From: an uncultured virus (IMG/VR IMGVR_UViG_3300022752_006411) | Lineage: Duplodnaviria; Heunggongvirae; Uroviricota; Caudoviricetes | Direction: 5' to 3' (one strand) | Virus record (IMG/VR): IMGVR_UViG_3300022752_006411 | Length of the DNA stretch: 64,000 bases | In this document: piece by piece, positions 1-9,689 of the stretch | Numbering within the stretch: the stretch's first letter is position 1 | How the letters are laid out: each line of letters begins with the position of its first letter | The notes under the pieces: generated by a model | Database searches by the model: none | What the model saw: the letters and a program-made list of their open reading frames with translations, nothing else | Told to the model about the DNA's origin: nothing | Translations under genes and position numbers: made by a program

Positions 1-246
1 TGTTTTGAGTATTTCTTTGACGATATTATTAAGCAGATATTTATTTATTTTTTTGCTGATAAAGAAGTCATATATTGTGTTAAATTCATATAGGGGGCTA
101 ATTCTTTTACAAAAACCTTCTCCGTTGGCCATATCGTTTAGGTTTATGTGCCAACTATTTAAATCTTGGTCAGAAACAAGAATCCATTGTTCTTTTGAAT
201 TTTTGATATGGTTATATAAAATTTCGGTTGATTTTAGATTTGTCAT
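1..246 (-). CDS. hypothetical protein, truncated by window edge
   Basis: Open minus-strand frame from ATG at 246 (MTNLKSTEILYNHIK...) running off the window. Confidence 0.6.
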   Translation of the reverse strand, partial: MTNLKSTEILYNHIKNSKEQWILVSDQDLNSWHINLNDMANGEGFCKRISPLYEFNTIYDFFISKKINKYLLNNIVKEILKT

Positions 247-398
247 ATGTTATTATATTTTACATGTTAAATCGCTGGAAGATAATTTGGTTAGGGTGGA
301 GTTGGGACGTATTTTATTATGGCACACGGTTTAATAGTGGTGTGCCGTATACTTTTGTTCGTATTGGGCCTTTGATGTTTCGTAGATATTTGTAGGTT

Positions 399-635
399 TT
401 ATTTTACTTGCCAAGTTTCAATTTCTAGGCTGTAGTATCCGTTTTGATAATAACTTGTATCGCCGTATCGGTCTTTTTTAGTTTTTGCTAGTTTGTTTTG
501 TTTTATAAAGTTTTTGGCGTCGTTTTCGTTAGAAAATACGCTTACAATTTCCTTATTTGGGTGGGGTGTGAATGGCCCGCCTATTTCGTCTTGATAAACA
601 TTTTCTTTTTCGCCAATTACGATATAAATATTCAT
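399..635 (-). CDS. hypothetical phage protein
   Basis: ORF in a co-oriented run of small genes. Confidence 0.6.
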   Translation of the reverse strand: MNIYIVIGEKENVYQDEIGGPFTPHPNKEIVSVFSNENDAKNFIKQNKLAKTKKDRYGDTSYYQNGYYSLEIETWQVK

Positions 636-671
636 TTGTGGATTGGATATCTTGTAATGTGTTTTAGGGCA

Positions 672-974
672 TCAGTCGTACCAAAGGTATAAAGTTTTAT
701 TATCAGTCATGCCAAAGTCATCGGGTTTGTTTGCTTCTTTTAGTATTTGAACAACTTCTTGAGCGTTTGGAGGGGTTTTGAAATTAATTGTGAGTGATCC
801 GTCCCATTTACCTTTTACGGGGTCTGTATCGTCGTTTATGGTGACGTTGCCGCCGTTCTTTATAATCTCGCAGACTGATTTCTTAAGTTTGCTATTTACC
901 CAACTACTAAAGAAGGCAAATATGTAATCAAATTCTTGTTCTGTGGTTATATTTTTGTATTTTGTGGTTTTCAT
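672..974 (-). CDS. hypothetical phage protein
   Basis: 100-aa ORF, co-oriented. Confidence 0.65.
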   Translation of the reverse strand: MKTTKYKNITTEQEFDYIFAFFSSWVNSKLKKSVCEIIKNGGNVTINDDTDPVKGKWDGSLTINFKTPPNAQEVVQILKEANKPDDFGMTDNKTLYLWYD

Positions 975-1065
975 TCGTATTCTTTTCTTATTAATTTGAG
1001 TAATTTCTTGGCTTGTTATTGGGATTCATCATCTTCAGCGTAATAATGGTGGGTTTGTATTTTGT

Positions 1066-1350
1066 TTAGTTGTAAGTTTCTTTTATTTTATTTATTAGGT
1101 TATTAGGTTTTGGGCCTATGTAGAAAACGGCTTCATATTCTCCGAATTGTTTGCCTACTTGTTCAAATTCATAATGTAGTCCGACGTATTCTTTTAGGAT
1201 GCGTTGGATATATTTAAAATCGTAATAATCGTCAACTTGTGCTGAAAAGTTGCTCGGAACTTGTGCTGTTATGTTTACTACGCTCCAATTATTAATATTT
1301 TCTTGTAATTTGTCGCATATAATGATTTTATTTTTTTCTTCGTTGGTCAT
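1066..1350 (-). CDS. hypothetical phage protein
   Basis: 94-aa ORF overlapping the upstream stop. Confidence 0.6.
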   Translation of the reverse strand: MTNEEKNKIIICDKLQENINNWSVVNITAQVPSNFSAQVDDYYDFKYIQRILKEYVGLHYEFEQVGKQFGEYEAVFYIGPKPNNLINKIKETYN

Positions 1351-1640
1351 AGCTTTTTTAATAAAATTATATTTTTAATTTGTTGGTTGGTTACTTTAAC
1401 TTTATATTTCTTTTTGTGTGCTTTTAATTTTTTAATATTTGCATCTTTGGACAGTAATTTTTCTATAAAATATTCTGTATTGCAGAATGGGCAAACATTT
1501 TTTGTAGCCAGAGTGTAGGATTCGTGTTTGCAATTGTTGCAAATTTGGCTGGGCCAGTTCATTTTAACTAGTATTTCTCTTAGGATTAATTTTGTATTAA
1601 TAATATTTTGCGTATCCAATTGATTTTGTATTAATAACAC
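1347..1640 (-). CDS. small zinc-ribbon protein
   Basis: CNNC...CPFC motif pair. Confidence 0.55.
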   Translation of the reverse strand: MLLIQNQLDTQNIINTKLILREILVKMNWPSQICNNCKHESYTLATKNVCPFCNTEYFIEKLLSKDANIKKLKAHKKKYKVKVTNQQIKNIILLKKL

Positions 1641-2029
1641 TTTTCGTATCCATATTCTATTGCTATGGCAGCGAGTTTCTCCTTATGTTCTTTAGTAGCA
1701 GGATCATTTGTGCGTCCGACCAAATGTTCTTCAAAGCAATCACAAAACAAGTTTCTGGTAGATGAGTCGAAAGATCCAGAAGAAACCCATTCAATTAAAT
1801 GTGCATTTTTGCAAACAATTTCAAGCATTTGGTTAACGGTAAGTTTGTATCCGCAAGCCTCAGAAAAACATAGTAATGCTTTTTCAATATTATTGCCTGT
1901 AATTTTTACTTGGCTAATTTCTCTTTTGGTGCTATTGAAGTTACAAGATGGCAGTTCGCTGCTGGCATTTATATTTGTTTCGACTTCAACTTTGAATTCA
2001 ACATCACGATAAAAAGACTCGGTTTTCAT
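1631..2029 (-). CDS. hypothetical phage protein
   Basis: 132-aa ORF, co-oriented. Confidence 0.65.
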   Translation of the reverse strand: MKTESFYRDVEFKVEVETNINASSELPSCNFNSTKREISQVKITGNNIEKALLCFSEACGYKLTVNQMLEIVCKNAHLIEWVSSGSFDSSTRNLFCDCFEEHLVGRTNDPATKEHKEKLAAIAIEYGYEKCY

Positions 2030-2033
2030 AATT

Positions 2034-2231
2034 CTCTTTCTTTATCTGTTTAATGGTGTAGTTTCGTTTTGTTATTAGATTTAATTCTTCATTAGATTTA
2101 TTAGGAACAGTTTATATTTTAGGTCATCTGGCCTCTTTCTTTATCTGTTTAATGGTGTAGTTTCGTTTTGTTATTAGATTTAATTCTTCATTAGATTTAT
2201 TAGGAACAGTTTATATTTTAGGTCATCTGGC
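2034..2231. repeat. exact 99-bp tandem duplication
   Basis: 2034-2132 is identical to 2133-2231. Confidence 0.9.
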
Positions 2232-2467
2232 ATGGTTGTTTTGAATTTTTCTTGGAAAGAGTCGCTACATCTGTTGAGCCAGTATATTTGGTCGTTAGTG
2301 TTTCTTATAAACTGGCTGTAGATGTTTGTTTCGATATTGCCGATATGGACTTCTTTCATCCATTCAGTCCAATAATCATCGCTATGTTGGGTAATAGCCC
2401 ATTCTTTATAATCTCTGATGAAGTCTAGTATTTGTTTGGGCGTGTGTTGTGATGGATTGTATTTCAT
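2180..2467 (-). CDS. hypothetical protein
   Basis: 95-aa ORF; C-terminal MPDDLKYKLFL weakly resembles the LPExxHN cap. Confidence 0.6.
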   Translation of the reverse strand: MKYNPSQHTPKQILDFIRDYKEWAITQHSDDYWTEWMKEVHIGNIETNIYSQFIRNTNDQIYWLNRCSDSFQEKFKTTMPDDLKYKLFLINLMKN

Positions 2468-2517
2468 GTTGCATCGCTTTTTGGCGTGTGCATATGTAAT
2501 GTCTTGTTTGATTTTTG

Positions 2518-2769
2518 TTATTTATTTTTAATCAAAAATTCTTTAAATGACATTTCTGGAAAGTGGATCATACCTTTTGGGTTTTTGATTAGGTCTGGTA
2601 TTCCTTTTTTATTTTCGCCTTTTGAATGAGGCATTTTTTCTTCTATTTCTAGATCTAAAGCGGCGGTTGCACTAGAGGGTGTGCTATACAGTGGTGGATA
2701 TTGAAATCTATAATATCCATCGGGGCATCCAAACTTTAGACCTGTTCTGTTTCTATTTTCATTAAGCAT
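2518..2769 (-). CDS. small hypothetical protein (YPPxY motif, C-terminal MSFKEFL)
   Basis: ORF preceded by ATAAATA 4 nt upstream of the ATG. Confidence 0.6.
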   Translation of the reverse strand: MLNENRNRTGLKFGCPDGYYRFQYPPLYSTPSSATAALDLEIEEKMPHSKGENKKGIPDLIKNPKGMIHFPEMSFKEFLIKNK

Positions 2770-2776
2770 ACATTAT

Positions 2777-3223
2777 TTATGTATTATTTAATTTTTTACC
2801 GGCTTCGTATGCTTCTGCTACGATATTGTCTAGGTCGCAAAATAAACTATCGCTCATATCTGGTTCCCATTTCTTTTTATTATATCCTAAAATGAAAATT
2901 TCTTCGGCAATTTCATAAGTCATATTATGAGCATCGCCGTCGTGCATCATTCTATTAACGTACCAAGAGTCGCCGCCTTCTTCTTCATTTGGATCGTTTG
3001 GTTCGTTTTCTTTGATCCATTTCTTTTCAATTTTGGATACTTTCTTTTCGGCAACTTTTTCCCACCATTGTTTAAAAAGCTCGATCTGACCGAGCGACCG
3101 CCGGTGCCTCGTCATGCGCCTCGTCATGCGCCTCGTCATGCGCCTCGTCATGCGCCGCAGGCACGCCGGGCATGGGCCGCACTGCCCGCCGGCATCGTCC
3201 GCCGGATGCACGGGCAGTTCCAC
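2777..3223 (-). CDS. hypothetical phage protein whose 5' end is a GC-rich foreign insert
   Basis: AT-rich coding part (~2777-3083) is in frame with a GC-rich segment. Confidence 0.5.
   Translation of the reverse strand: MELPVHPADDAGGQCGPCPACLRRMTRRMTRRMTRRMTRHRRSLGQIELFKQWWEKVAEKKVSKIEKKWIKENEPNDPNEEEGGDSWYVNRMMHDGDAHNMTYEIAEEIFILGYNKKKWEPDMSDSLFCDLDNIVAEAYEAGKKLNNT
3106..3156. repeat. 12-bp tandem repeat GCCTCGTCATGC x4 inside the GC-rich insert
   Basis: Visible directly; encodes (AHDE)n in one minus-strand frame. Confidence 0.9.
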
Positions 3224-3280
3224 GAGGAAGTGCGTTCGCCCTTCGTCGGTAGAGAACCTAGGCGGCGTTTTTAAATATTT

Positions 3281-3544
3281 TTAGAATTCGTTTTCACGAA
3301 CTTCTCTAAAGTCGCTAGTATGTCTCATAACTTCGATTCTTCCATCGTCTAGATCAGACAATAAACAATGGCAGGGGGCATTTTTAATTTCTGTTAGGAA
3401 TACAAAAAACTTTTTTTTATCTGCGCCATATCCTAATGAGCCGTAATATTTAATCTTATCTTTTTCTGATAGTTTGTTCCAAAATTCTGGATTAAAGTTT
3501 TCTGGTTCAAAAACAACAACGGTGCCGGGTTCAAATTTACTCAT
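3281..3544 (-). CDS. hypothetical phage protein
   Basis: 87-aa ORF with purine-rich upstream sequence. Confidence 0.65.
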   Translation of the reverse strand: MSKFEPGTVVVFEPENFNPEFWNKLSEKDKIKYYGSLGYGADKKKFFVFLTEIKNAPCHCLLSDLDDGRIEVMRHTSDFREVRENEF

Positions 3545-4380
3545 TTCTTTTCATCCTCACGCAATTTTTCAAGTGTTGCGGAATTGAGTCGCTTTACCAG
3601 CCTCTTTCAAGTCTTTTGCTATACTTGCCATAGATGTCAGGGTTTGAACTAACAATATCCTTAATATTGTTTGTTATTTCTAATTTTTTACAAGCAAACT
3701 CATAAAAACCAAGTCCTTCAAATTCATTTTCTGCATAACTGCCATTTGTTCTGTCGTATTGTATAATTAGATCTTCTAATAGAAATAAAAATTCTTGTTT
3801 ATTCATAAATCTTTCCATCCGCTTCGTGCAAATTTACAAGATTGCAAGTAATTTAAAATTCTGGCTATTTCTTTCCAAGAAAGATGAAATACTGGGCCTA
3901 GTTGATTTAATTTTTCTTCCAAGTCATCAAAATATTTAATTGCATATTCTAATTCTTCGTTAGTAACTTCTTCGCCAGCGAGGCATTTTTCATAAATTTT
4001 TTTAGCATTCATTTTAAGTATCTAACCAAGTCACAAGCAATAATTCTGCCTGTGGGTATTCTTTTTTTAAGACATCGTAAATGAGTTTGCCATTTTCATT
4101 TAAATCCTCATATTTACAACGCCAGTAATCTTTGCCTCTCTTTCTTCTTTGGTGAGCATTATCTGCTCTAAAATTTCTTTACCGTGCGTTTTGATACTTG
4201 GCTTTTCAACTAATTCTAATACAGTTCCGTCTTTGAATCTAATAGTAAGACATTCATGCCAAGGCCCATTAAGATCAGTCGCATGATTTACGCCATCAAC
4301 AGGGCAACTTTTTTCGCCTAAAAGACTGATAAGATAACCAATAAGACTATTCATTTTGCATTTCCATGGGTTTTGCACAC

Positions 4381-4716
4381 TTACTGCAATCCGCCAAGTT
4401 CTTTATCGCAACTCGTTTTTCTTATATTCTCCATATTATCCAGTATTGCTTTTTTATTATTGAGTGAAGCGTGATGCAATTCTAGAAAATATTCTGCTGT
4501 TTCTTTGTCTATTGAGCCATCTGGAATTATCCATTCTATTTCTTCTATTGTTTCTTTGCCAGTAGAACTTGATATGTTTTTATATTTTATAGTCTCTACT
4601 GGCAATATAATCCTGCACCAGCAACTCTCGCCGGTATTGCAAAGAGATAGTTTCCATGGTGTATTGAAACTATGTTTAATTGCTTCGTCGTAATTGTCAA
4701 ATATACGTTCGCTCAT
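4381..4716 (-). CDS. hypothetical phage protein
   Basis: 111-aa ORF with CxxGxxCWC motif. Confidence 0.65.
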   Translation of the reverse strand: MSERIFDNYDEAIKHSFNTPWKLSLCNTGESCWCRIILPVETIKYKNISSSTGKETIEEIEWIIPDGSIDKETAEYFLELHHASLNNKKAILDNMENIRKTSCDKELGGLQ

Positions 4717-4723
4717 TTTTTTC

Positions 4724-5311
4724 TCACAAGAATTTTAGACACATAACGATAAATTGCAACATTACATCTTTGTCTTCGCTGGCTTTTGCTTCAACATAAT
4801 GATGCTTATTTCCTGTTATTGTTCTTAATCTACATTTCCATTGGTCATCATAAACATCTAAAGTTAGATCGCCCTCTACGCTAAAATGTTTAGAAAAATC
4901 AGAATAAATTAATTTTACGCTGTCTTCTTCGATCCATTCTGGCATCTTATCATAATCAAACCAAATTTTAATTACAAATTTATTTTTTGTAGGCTTTTCG
5001 TCTATAAAGGATTTGTAATCTAAGCCCGAAATTGTGCAGAGGAAAGACTCAAATGATTTTGATTTCTTAAGAAATTCAGGATTTTCACTAATCATTTTAG
5101 CAACGCATTGAACGTAGGAAGGCAATAAATTTAATTCTTCTGCTACGCTTTTATATGTTTGTTTATTAATTATTGCCGATGCAATTTTTGTGGTTAATTC
5201 TGTGGGGTCTTGTAATACTTTGTTAAAATGATCTTTATGTTTCTTGATAGTATCCGACAAGGCGGGAACAGTCAGATTTAGGCTTTTTTGAATTTTGATG
5301 ATGTCGTTCAT
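4724..5311 (-). CDS. hypothetical protein, possible HTH
   Basis: 195-aa ORF; TYKSVAEELNLLPSYV is HTH-like. Confidence 0.6.
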   Translation of the reverse strand: MNDIIKIQKSLNLTVPALSDTIKKHKDHFNKVLQDPTELTTKIASAIINKQTYKSVAEELNLLPSYVQCVAKMISENPEFLKKSKSFESFLCTISGLDYKSFIDEKPTKNKFVIKIWFDYDKMPEWIEEDSVKLIYSDFSKHFSVEGDLTLDVYDDQWKCRLRTITGNKHHYVEAKASEDKDVMLQFIVMCLKFL

Positions 5312-6228
5312 TTTATATTGTTAATGTATATTCTTTTTAGATCTATGTTTTTAACCTTACTATTACCTAAAGCGACCTCGGCCAGCACTTGATTATGATA
5401 TATTTCTGGAAGTCTAACTCTAAATTTGATACAATACTCTAATGATTTTTTCTTACCATTAAGAATAGCAGATTCGGCTTCTGCCCATCTTCCTCTTATT
5501 ACATTTTCAATATAATCATGCGAAGCGAATATAGAAGTTTTAATAAGATCTTCTGCTTCTAAAAATCTACCTTTGATGACCTTTTTTGCATATTCTAAAG
5601 AAGAGCCAATGTCTTTTTTAATAACGTCTTCTGCTTCTAAAAATCTACCTTTGATAACGTCTTTTGCATATTGGTATGCTATATGTGCATTTTTTGCAAT
5701 ATTAGGTTCTGCTTCTGAAAATCTATTTCTAAGAATGTCTTTTGCGTACAGGTAAGAAAACCTTTGATTTTTTGCAATTACATCTTCTGCTTCTGGCCAC
5801 CTACCTTTAATAACATCTCTGGCGTAGTAATAAGCATATTCTGGATTTTGAATAATTGTAGACTCTGCTTCCTGCCATCTGCCTTGCATTGGGAAGACGG
5901 CATAGCGGTAGGCATATTCTGCTTTCTGAGCGATGCAGGGTTCGGCCAATCTAAATCTTTCGCGCAGCACATTGACTGCGTACAAAACAGAATACTCTAC
6001 GCTTTCGCTTATATTGGGTTCGGCAAGTTTAAATCTAGACCCAGTATTTAGAGCATAGAGATATGAATATTCAACGTCATCCTTGATAAATTCCTCTGCT
6101 TCCAGAAACTTGCCAACTTTTTTTGAATATTCAAATGAAATTTCTGGATTTCTCTTAAAAATTTCTATAGCGTCAGACCATGAAATTTCGCCTTCGGACG
6201 CTTTTTCGTATGCTTGTTTAGGCGTCAC
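5308..6228 (-). CDS. KGRWPEAE-type ~24-aa tandem-repeat protein
   Basis: About 10 YAxxVIKGR(W/F)xEAE repeats; cap LPEIYHN. Confidence 0.85.
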   Translation of the reverse strand: MTPKQAYEKASEGEISWSDAIEIFKRNPEISFEYSKKVGKFLEAEEFIKDDVEYSYLYALNTGSRFKLAEPNISESVEYSVLYAVNVLRERFRLAEPCIAQKAEYAYRYAVFPMQGRWQEAESTIIQNPEYAYYYARDVIKGRWPEAEDVIAKNQRFSYLYAKDILRNRFSEAEPNIAKNAHIAYQYAKDVIKGRFLEAEDVIKKDIGSSLEYAKKVIKGRFLEAEDLIKTSIFASHDYIENVIRGRWAEAESAILNGKKKSLEYCIKFRVRLPEIYHNQVLAEVALGNSKVKNIDLKRIYINNIK

Positions 6229-6240
6229 AATAATTCCTTG

Positions 6241-6552
6241 CTATAAACTATAGGCAACAAATTTACTTATTACTTCGTCTGGAAGTGGCTTTTTTATTTT
6301 ATTACTTAGCCAAGTGACGTAATCCCATAATGTATTAAACTGCACGTTGTTATTAGCACTTAAGGCAGACAAAGAATAATATCTGATAAAGTGTTTATAT
6401 TTATCTTTTCGCATTACTCCCAAATTAGTTTCATCAATCCATTTGAGAAGTTCGTTAACAAATTCTACCGCCGGTATTTTATTAGAAAAACACAGTGATT
6501 CTGTGTCTTTTTTCATCCAAACAGGCAACCAATTATTTTGCGAACTTTTCAT
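6241..6552 (-). CDS. hypothetical protein
   Basis: 103-aa ORF ending LPDEVISKFVAYSL. Confidence 0.6.
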   Translation of the reverse strand: MKSSQNNWLPVWMKKDTESLCFSNKIPAVEFVNELLKWIDETNLGVMRKDKYKHFIRYYSLSALSANNNVQFNTLWDYVTWLSNKIKKPLPDEVISKFVAYSL

Positions 6553-6850
6553 TGAACTTTTGGCGAAATGTTTCTTTTTCTTGGTCGGTCAATGGAGGGT
6601 CAATTTTATTAACGCCTTGATCTGCCGAATAGTATGGTGTAATTTCTCTGATGGTGTCTATGGACTTGAAAACCGTGTCGAGTAACTTTTCTGGACTTTT
6701 TACTGCTCTTTCCAAATCGTTCTTTACAGTAGCAAGAATTTTGAAATAGGTCTGATTTCTTTCGGAAGTGGCACTATGCCTTCGTGACAAATCATCAAAT
6801 GCTTGATTTATCTTGTTAATGCCTTCAAAAAAATCTTTGTTTGTGTTCAT
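6533..6850 (-). CDS. hypothetical protein
   Basis: 105-aa ORF. Confidence 0.6.
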   Translation of the reverse strand: MNTNKDFFEGINKINQAFDDLSRRHSATSERNQTYFKILATVKNDLERAVKSPEKLLDTVFKSIDTIREITPYYSADQGVNKIDPPLTDQEKETFRQKFNEKFAK

Positions 6851-7054
6851 GATTTTATAATGAATGGGCTAGAATTTTATTCTTGATATCGGCTGCGTGT
6901 TCGTTGTTGTATTGACTGAGTAAATTAATTATCCACTTTCTATCATCTGAGAATGTTTCATAGATTTGAATAAAGACAGAATCCCAATCTTTCAATTTAT
7001 GATTTAGTCCATAAATCATAAGTCTTTTGAGTTCTTCAGAAATAAGTTTTTTAT

Positions 7055-7291
7055 TCAAAGCAAATCCTGCAAATCTTCGTCTGCAAACGTGGCTGTCTTT
7101 TCTTTACAGGCCGACACGAAATTAACAGTGTAGTCTATGCTATCGACCTCTGCTTCGTCAAATCTGTGGTCGATTTCACCGAAGTCAATTTCATTTAATT
7201 TATTTTCAAGATCTTTTTTATTGTCTGCTTCTACGGTAAAGGTAGTTGACTGATTTTGCGATCTTGTGACACTAACGGTAAAAAATGGCAT
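7055..7291 (-). CDS. small acidic hypothetical protein
   Basis: ORF with upstream AAGGAG Shine-Dalgarno. Confidence 0.7.
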   Translation of the reverse strand: MPFFTVSVTRSQNQSTTFTVEADNKKDLENKLNEIDFGEIDHRFDEAEVDSIDYTVNFVSACKEKTATFADEDLQDLL

Positions 7292-7338
7292 AGTTGGTTC
7301 TCCTTGATTGGAGAATAGTTGACTTTGGGGTTTGTTAC

Positions 7339-7439
7339 GCGGCCAAAACAGCGGCCAAAATTATTATTTAAATATCTATAAAGATATATTGGGAAATACT
7401 TTATGATAAATTTTTATGCGGTCAAATTAGCAGCCAAAA
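7339..7439. repeat. two pairs of 10-bp direct repeats (GCGGCCAAAA-like) flanking an AT-rich spacer
   Basis: Copies at 7339, 7351, 7418 and 7430; 12-bp period within each pair. Confidence 0.75.
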
Positions 7440-7445
7440 TTTTTG

Positions 7446-8519
7446 CTACAAAGTAGCGATTGTTTCTCTTACAGTTTGATTTTGGTCTAAATTCAACAGA
7501 AAGTCTTTGACTCTTGTTTTGAACTTTTTGTCTGCTTCAAAATAACTTTTTGTTTTGTCGCCATCTACCAGCGAATGAGCCAATAAATAATTCTTAACTT
7601 CTTCAATCAGATTATTATTTTTAGAATGTTTGATTACAGTTTTTATAAAACCAGAATAATCTTGATATTCTAAAACCTTTGGATCTTTTTCAATTAGTAA
7701 TTTTTTAATTTTGCTTTCTACAAGTTCATAATAATCATAAATTTTGTCAATTCCATAGTTGTCAATAACTTCATCTTTCTTGAGCCAATTGTCTATAACA
7801 TTCCACCTATCTTGCTTGACGCACTTGGCATAAGTCAAAGCAACATCAAAATAATTTGAAAATTTGCATATCGACTCGTATGATGGGTTTTTATGAACCT
7901 TAACTTTATCTAGAAACTTCTCTAATTTGGGCATCACAGATTTAGTTTCATAGATATAATCTTCAAGTTCCAAGCAAGATCCAATTTCGTCATTATTGAA
8001 ATTTATCGTCTTGATAAAATAATCTTCCATTTCCTGCCATTTTTCTATCTTAAATTCTCTGATGTATTCTAAGATAAAATGGTGAAGGTTTTCAAATTTT
8101 TTAATCAAATGATTTATTAAAACATCTTCAAATTCTTTCCATCTTCCTTTGATTACTTTTTTGGAGTAATCAAAAATACTTTCGCCAACATCGTGGTATA
8201 AAGATTTAGATTCCCAAGTAGGATATGTTCTTGTTGGGCGAAGACTTTTCAATAAATTAATAATTTCTTCTTCAAAGACTGGGTTTCTTTCTTTGAAGAA
8301 TTTTTCGTGATATTCAACATATCTGCCGCTAAAAAATATGGATTTTTCCCCAAGAGGGAATCTTTTTTTCAAAACATAAGTTGCATATTCAAATGAAGTG
8401 TCTCCATCTTTTGCAACAACTTTTTCACACCTTAATTTTTCTTTTTCTGCTAACTTTTTGTTTTTAAGTTGCAGAAAACAGTAGGTGGGATTGTTTGTTT
8501 TGGGATTTTTGGTTTTCAT
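7446..8519 (-). CDS. divergent KGRW-repeat family protein
   Basis: YATYVLKKRFPLGE and YSKKVIKGRWKEFE repeats; start chosen at ATG 8519 after AAGGAAGG. Confidence 0.75.
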   Translation of the reverse strand: MKTKNPKTNNPTYCFLQLKNKKLAEKEKLRCEKVVAKDGDTSFEYATYVLKKRFPLGEKSIFFSGRYVEYHEKFFKERNPVFEEEIINLLKSLRPTRTYPTWESKSLYHDVGESIFDYSKKVIKGRWKEFEDVLINHLIKKFENLHHFILEYIREFKIEKWQEMEDYFIKTINFNNDEIGSCLELEDYIYETKSVMPKLEKFLDKVKVHKNPSYESICKFSNYFDVALTYAKCVKQDRWNVIDNWLKKDEVIDNYGIDKIYDYYELVESKIKKLLIEKDPKVLEYQDYSGFIKTVIKHSKNNNLIEEVKNYLLAHSLVDGDKTKSYFEADKKFKTRVKDFLLNLDQNQTVRETIATL

Positions 8520-8550
8520 TGTGTCCTTCCTTGTTTTCAACACATCTTGT

Positions 8551-8570
8551 AATAGACGCTCTTAGATTTG
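8551..8570 (-). promoter_or_regulatory. recurrent upstream motif CAAA-N9-GTCTATT
   Basis: Also at 17407, 28998, 43754 and 55898; variants at 12564, 20318, 26010 and 49258. Confidence 0.6.
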
Positions 8571-8602
8571 TTTATTTAATTTAATATCAATAAATAATAC
8601 AA

Positions 8603-9196
8603 ATGTATAAAAGTCCAAATAATTTATATTCACAATTTTGCGTAGGCCCAACTTTTGGAAAATTAATATATGATTTAATGATTTCTGACTGTTTCTCTAA
8701 TGTTTTAGAAATTGGTTGCTTCGCAGGATATTCCACACATTCATTTATTTCTGCTTTGAAAGATGGGGCGAAATTTAATTTTTCTATTTGCGATATTGCA
8801 ATTCAAAATTCTGTTAGGAATTTAATAAAAGATTATGATGTTGTAGTTTATAAAAAAAAAATCAAAAGATGTAATCAGTGACAAATTTGATTTTATATTT
8901 GTTGACGGAAATCACGATTTGGCAACAGTCAGCGAAGAGTTGATCTAATTAAAAAATACAACACTAAAACAATATTGGCACATGACACTTTTATAAACCA
9001 TCCAAAGTTTAAGGGATCAGTATTTCTTCACGATACATTTGTAAAAAATTCTAAATATAAAACCTTATACTATAAAGAAAGAAAAGAAAAAGACCAGACG
9101 CATTACGGAATGAGTTTTTTTACTCAAGATGAAATAATTTATAAAAAAGCTGATCTGTTGTTCAAGAGAATTTCTAAAAAAGTAAAATTTATTTAA
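8603..9196 (+). pseudogene. class I SAM-dependent methyltransferase (Methyltransf_24-like) broken by two compensating frameshifts
   Basis: VLEIGCFAGYST motif; FDFIFVDGNH lies in an alternative frame after the A10 run (8852-8861); the frame returns near 8940 (ILAHDT). Confidence 0.7.
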
Positions 9197-9317
9197 ATGG
9201 CTTTTAACAAATCTGACTCTTGGCAAGACTGTTGTTTTTTATTTTTTCAAGTGCTTCGCTAGGAGTCATTTTAGTTTCTTCCTTGTAAAATCGACTTGGT
9301 TATTTTTATTTTTATAA

Positions 9318-9689
9318 CTACCACTCAAACAAAGAAGTATCAATTCCCTTATCTCTTTCTAAATTATACGCATAAGCAGTAAAAACTCCGTCTGTTTTTT
9401 TATCATTGATTAAAATTCTGCTACCTGTGGGAAGGTTGCATATTATTAGGTCGAATTTAAGATTGTGCAAACGAAAAAACTGTTCAATTCTTTCTTTATA
9501 TTCGCAATCTCTTGCAGTAGTAATAATTACATAATCTTCTTTTTTTATAATATTTTCAAAGAAATTCTTTGTTCCATAAAGAATAGTATCTTGTGAACTC
9601 ATGTGACTTTTTTGAGTCACAAGCGTTCCGTCAAAATCTATAAACCATGTTCTAGGCTGATCGTTTGTCATCTTTTTCCAAGCGTTCAA
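9318..9689 (-). CDS. small HAD-superfamily phosphatase
   Basis: FIDFDGT motif I, ITTAR motif II, LINDK. Confidence 0.8.
   Translation of the reverse strand: MNAWKKMTNDQPRTWFIDFDGTLVTQKSHMSSQDTILYGTKNFFENIIKKEDYVIITTARDCEYKERIEQFFRLHNLKFDLIICNLPTGSRILINDKKTDGVFTAYAYNLERDKGIDTSLFEW

Noticed and set aside
2034..2231. 99-bp exact tandem duplication as a biological repeat
   Set aside because: A perfect copy whose length equals a common assembler k-mer is most likely a scaffolding artefact; reads would be needed to rescue it
3106..3156. 12-bp repeats as a CRISPR array
   Set aside because: The repeats are contiguous with no spacers and are too short; no cas genes or spaced 23-50-bp repeats are seen in the window
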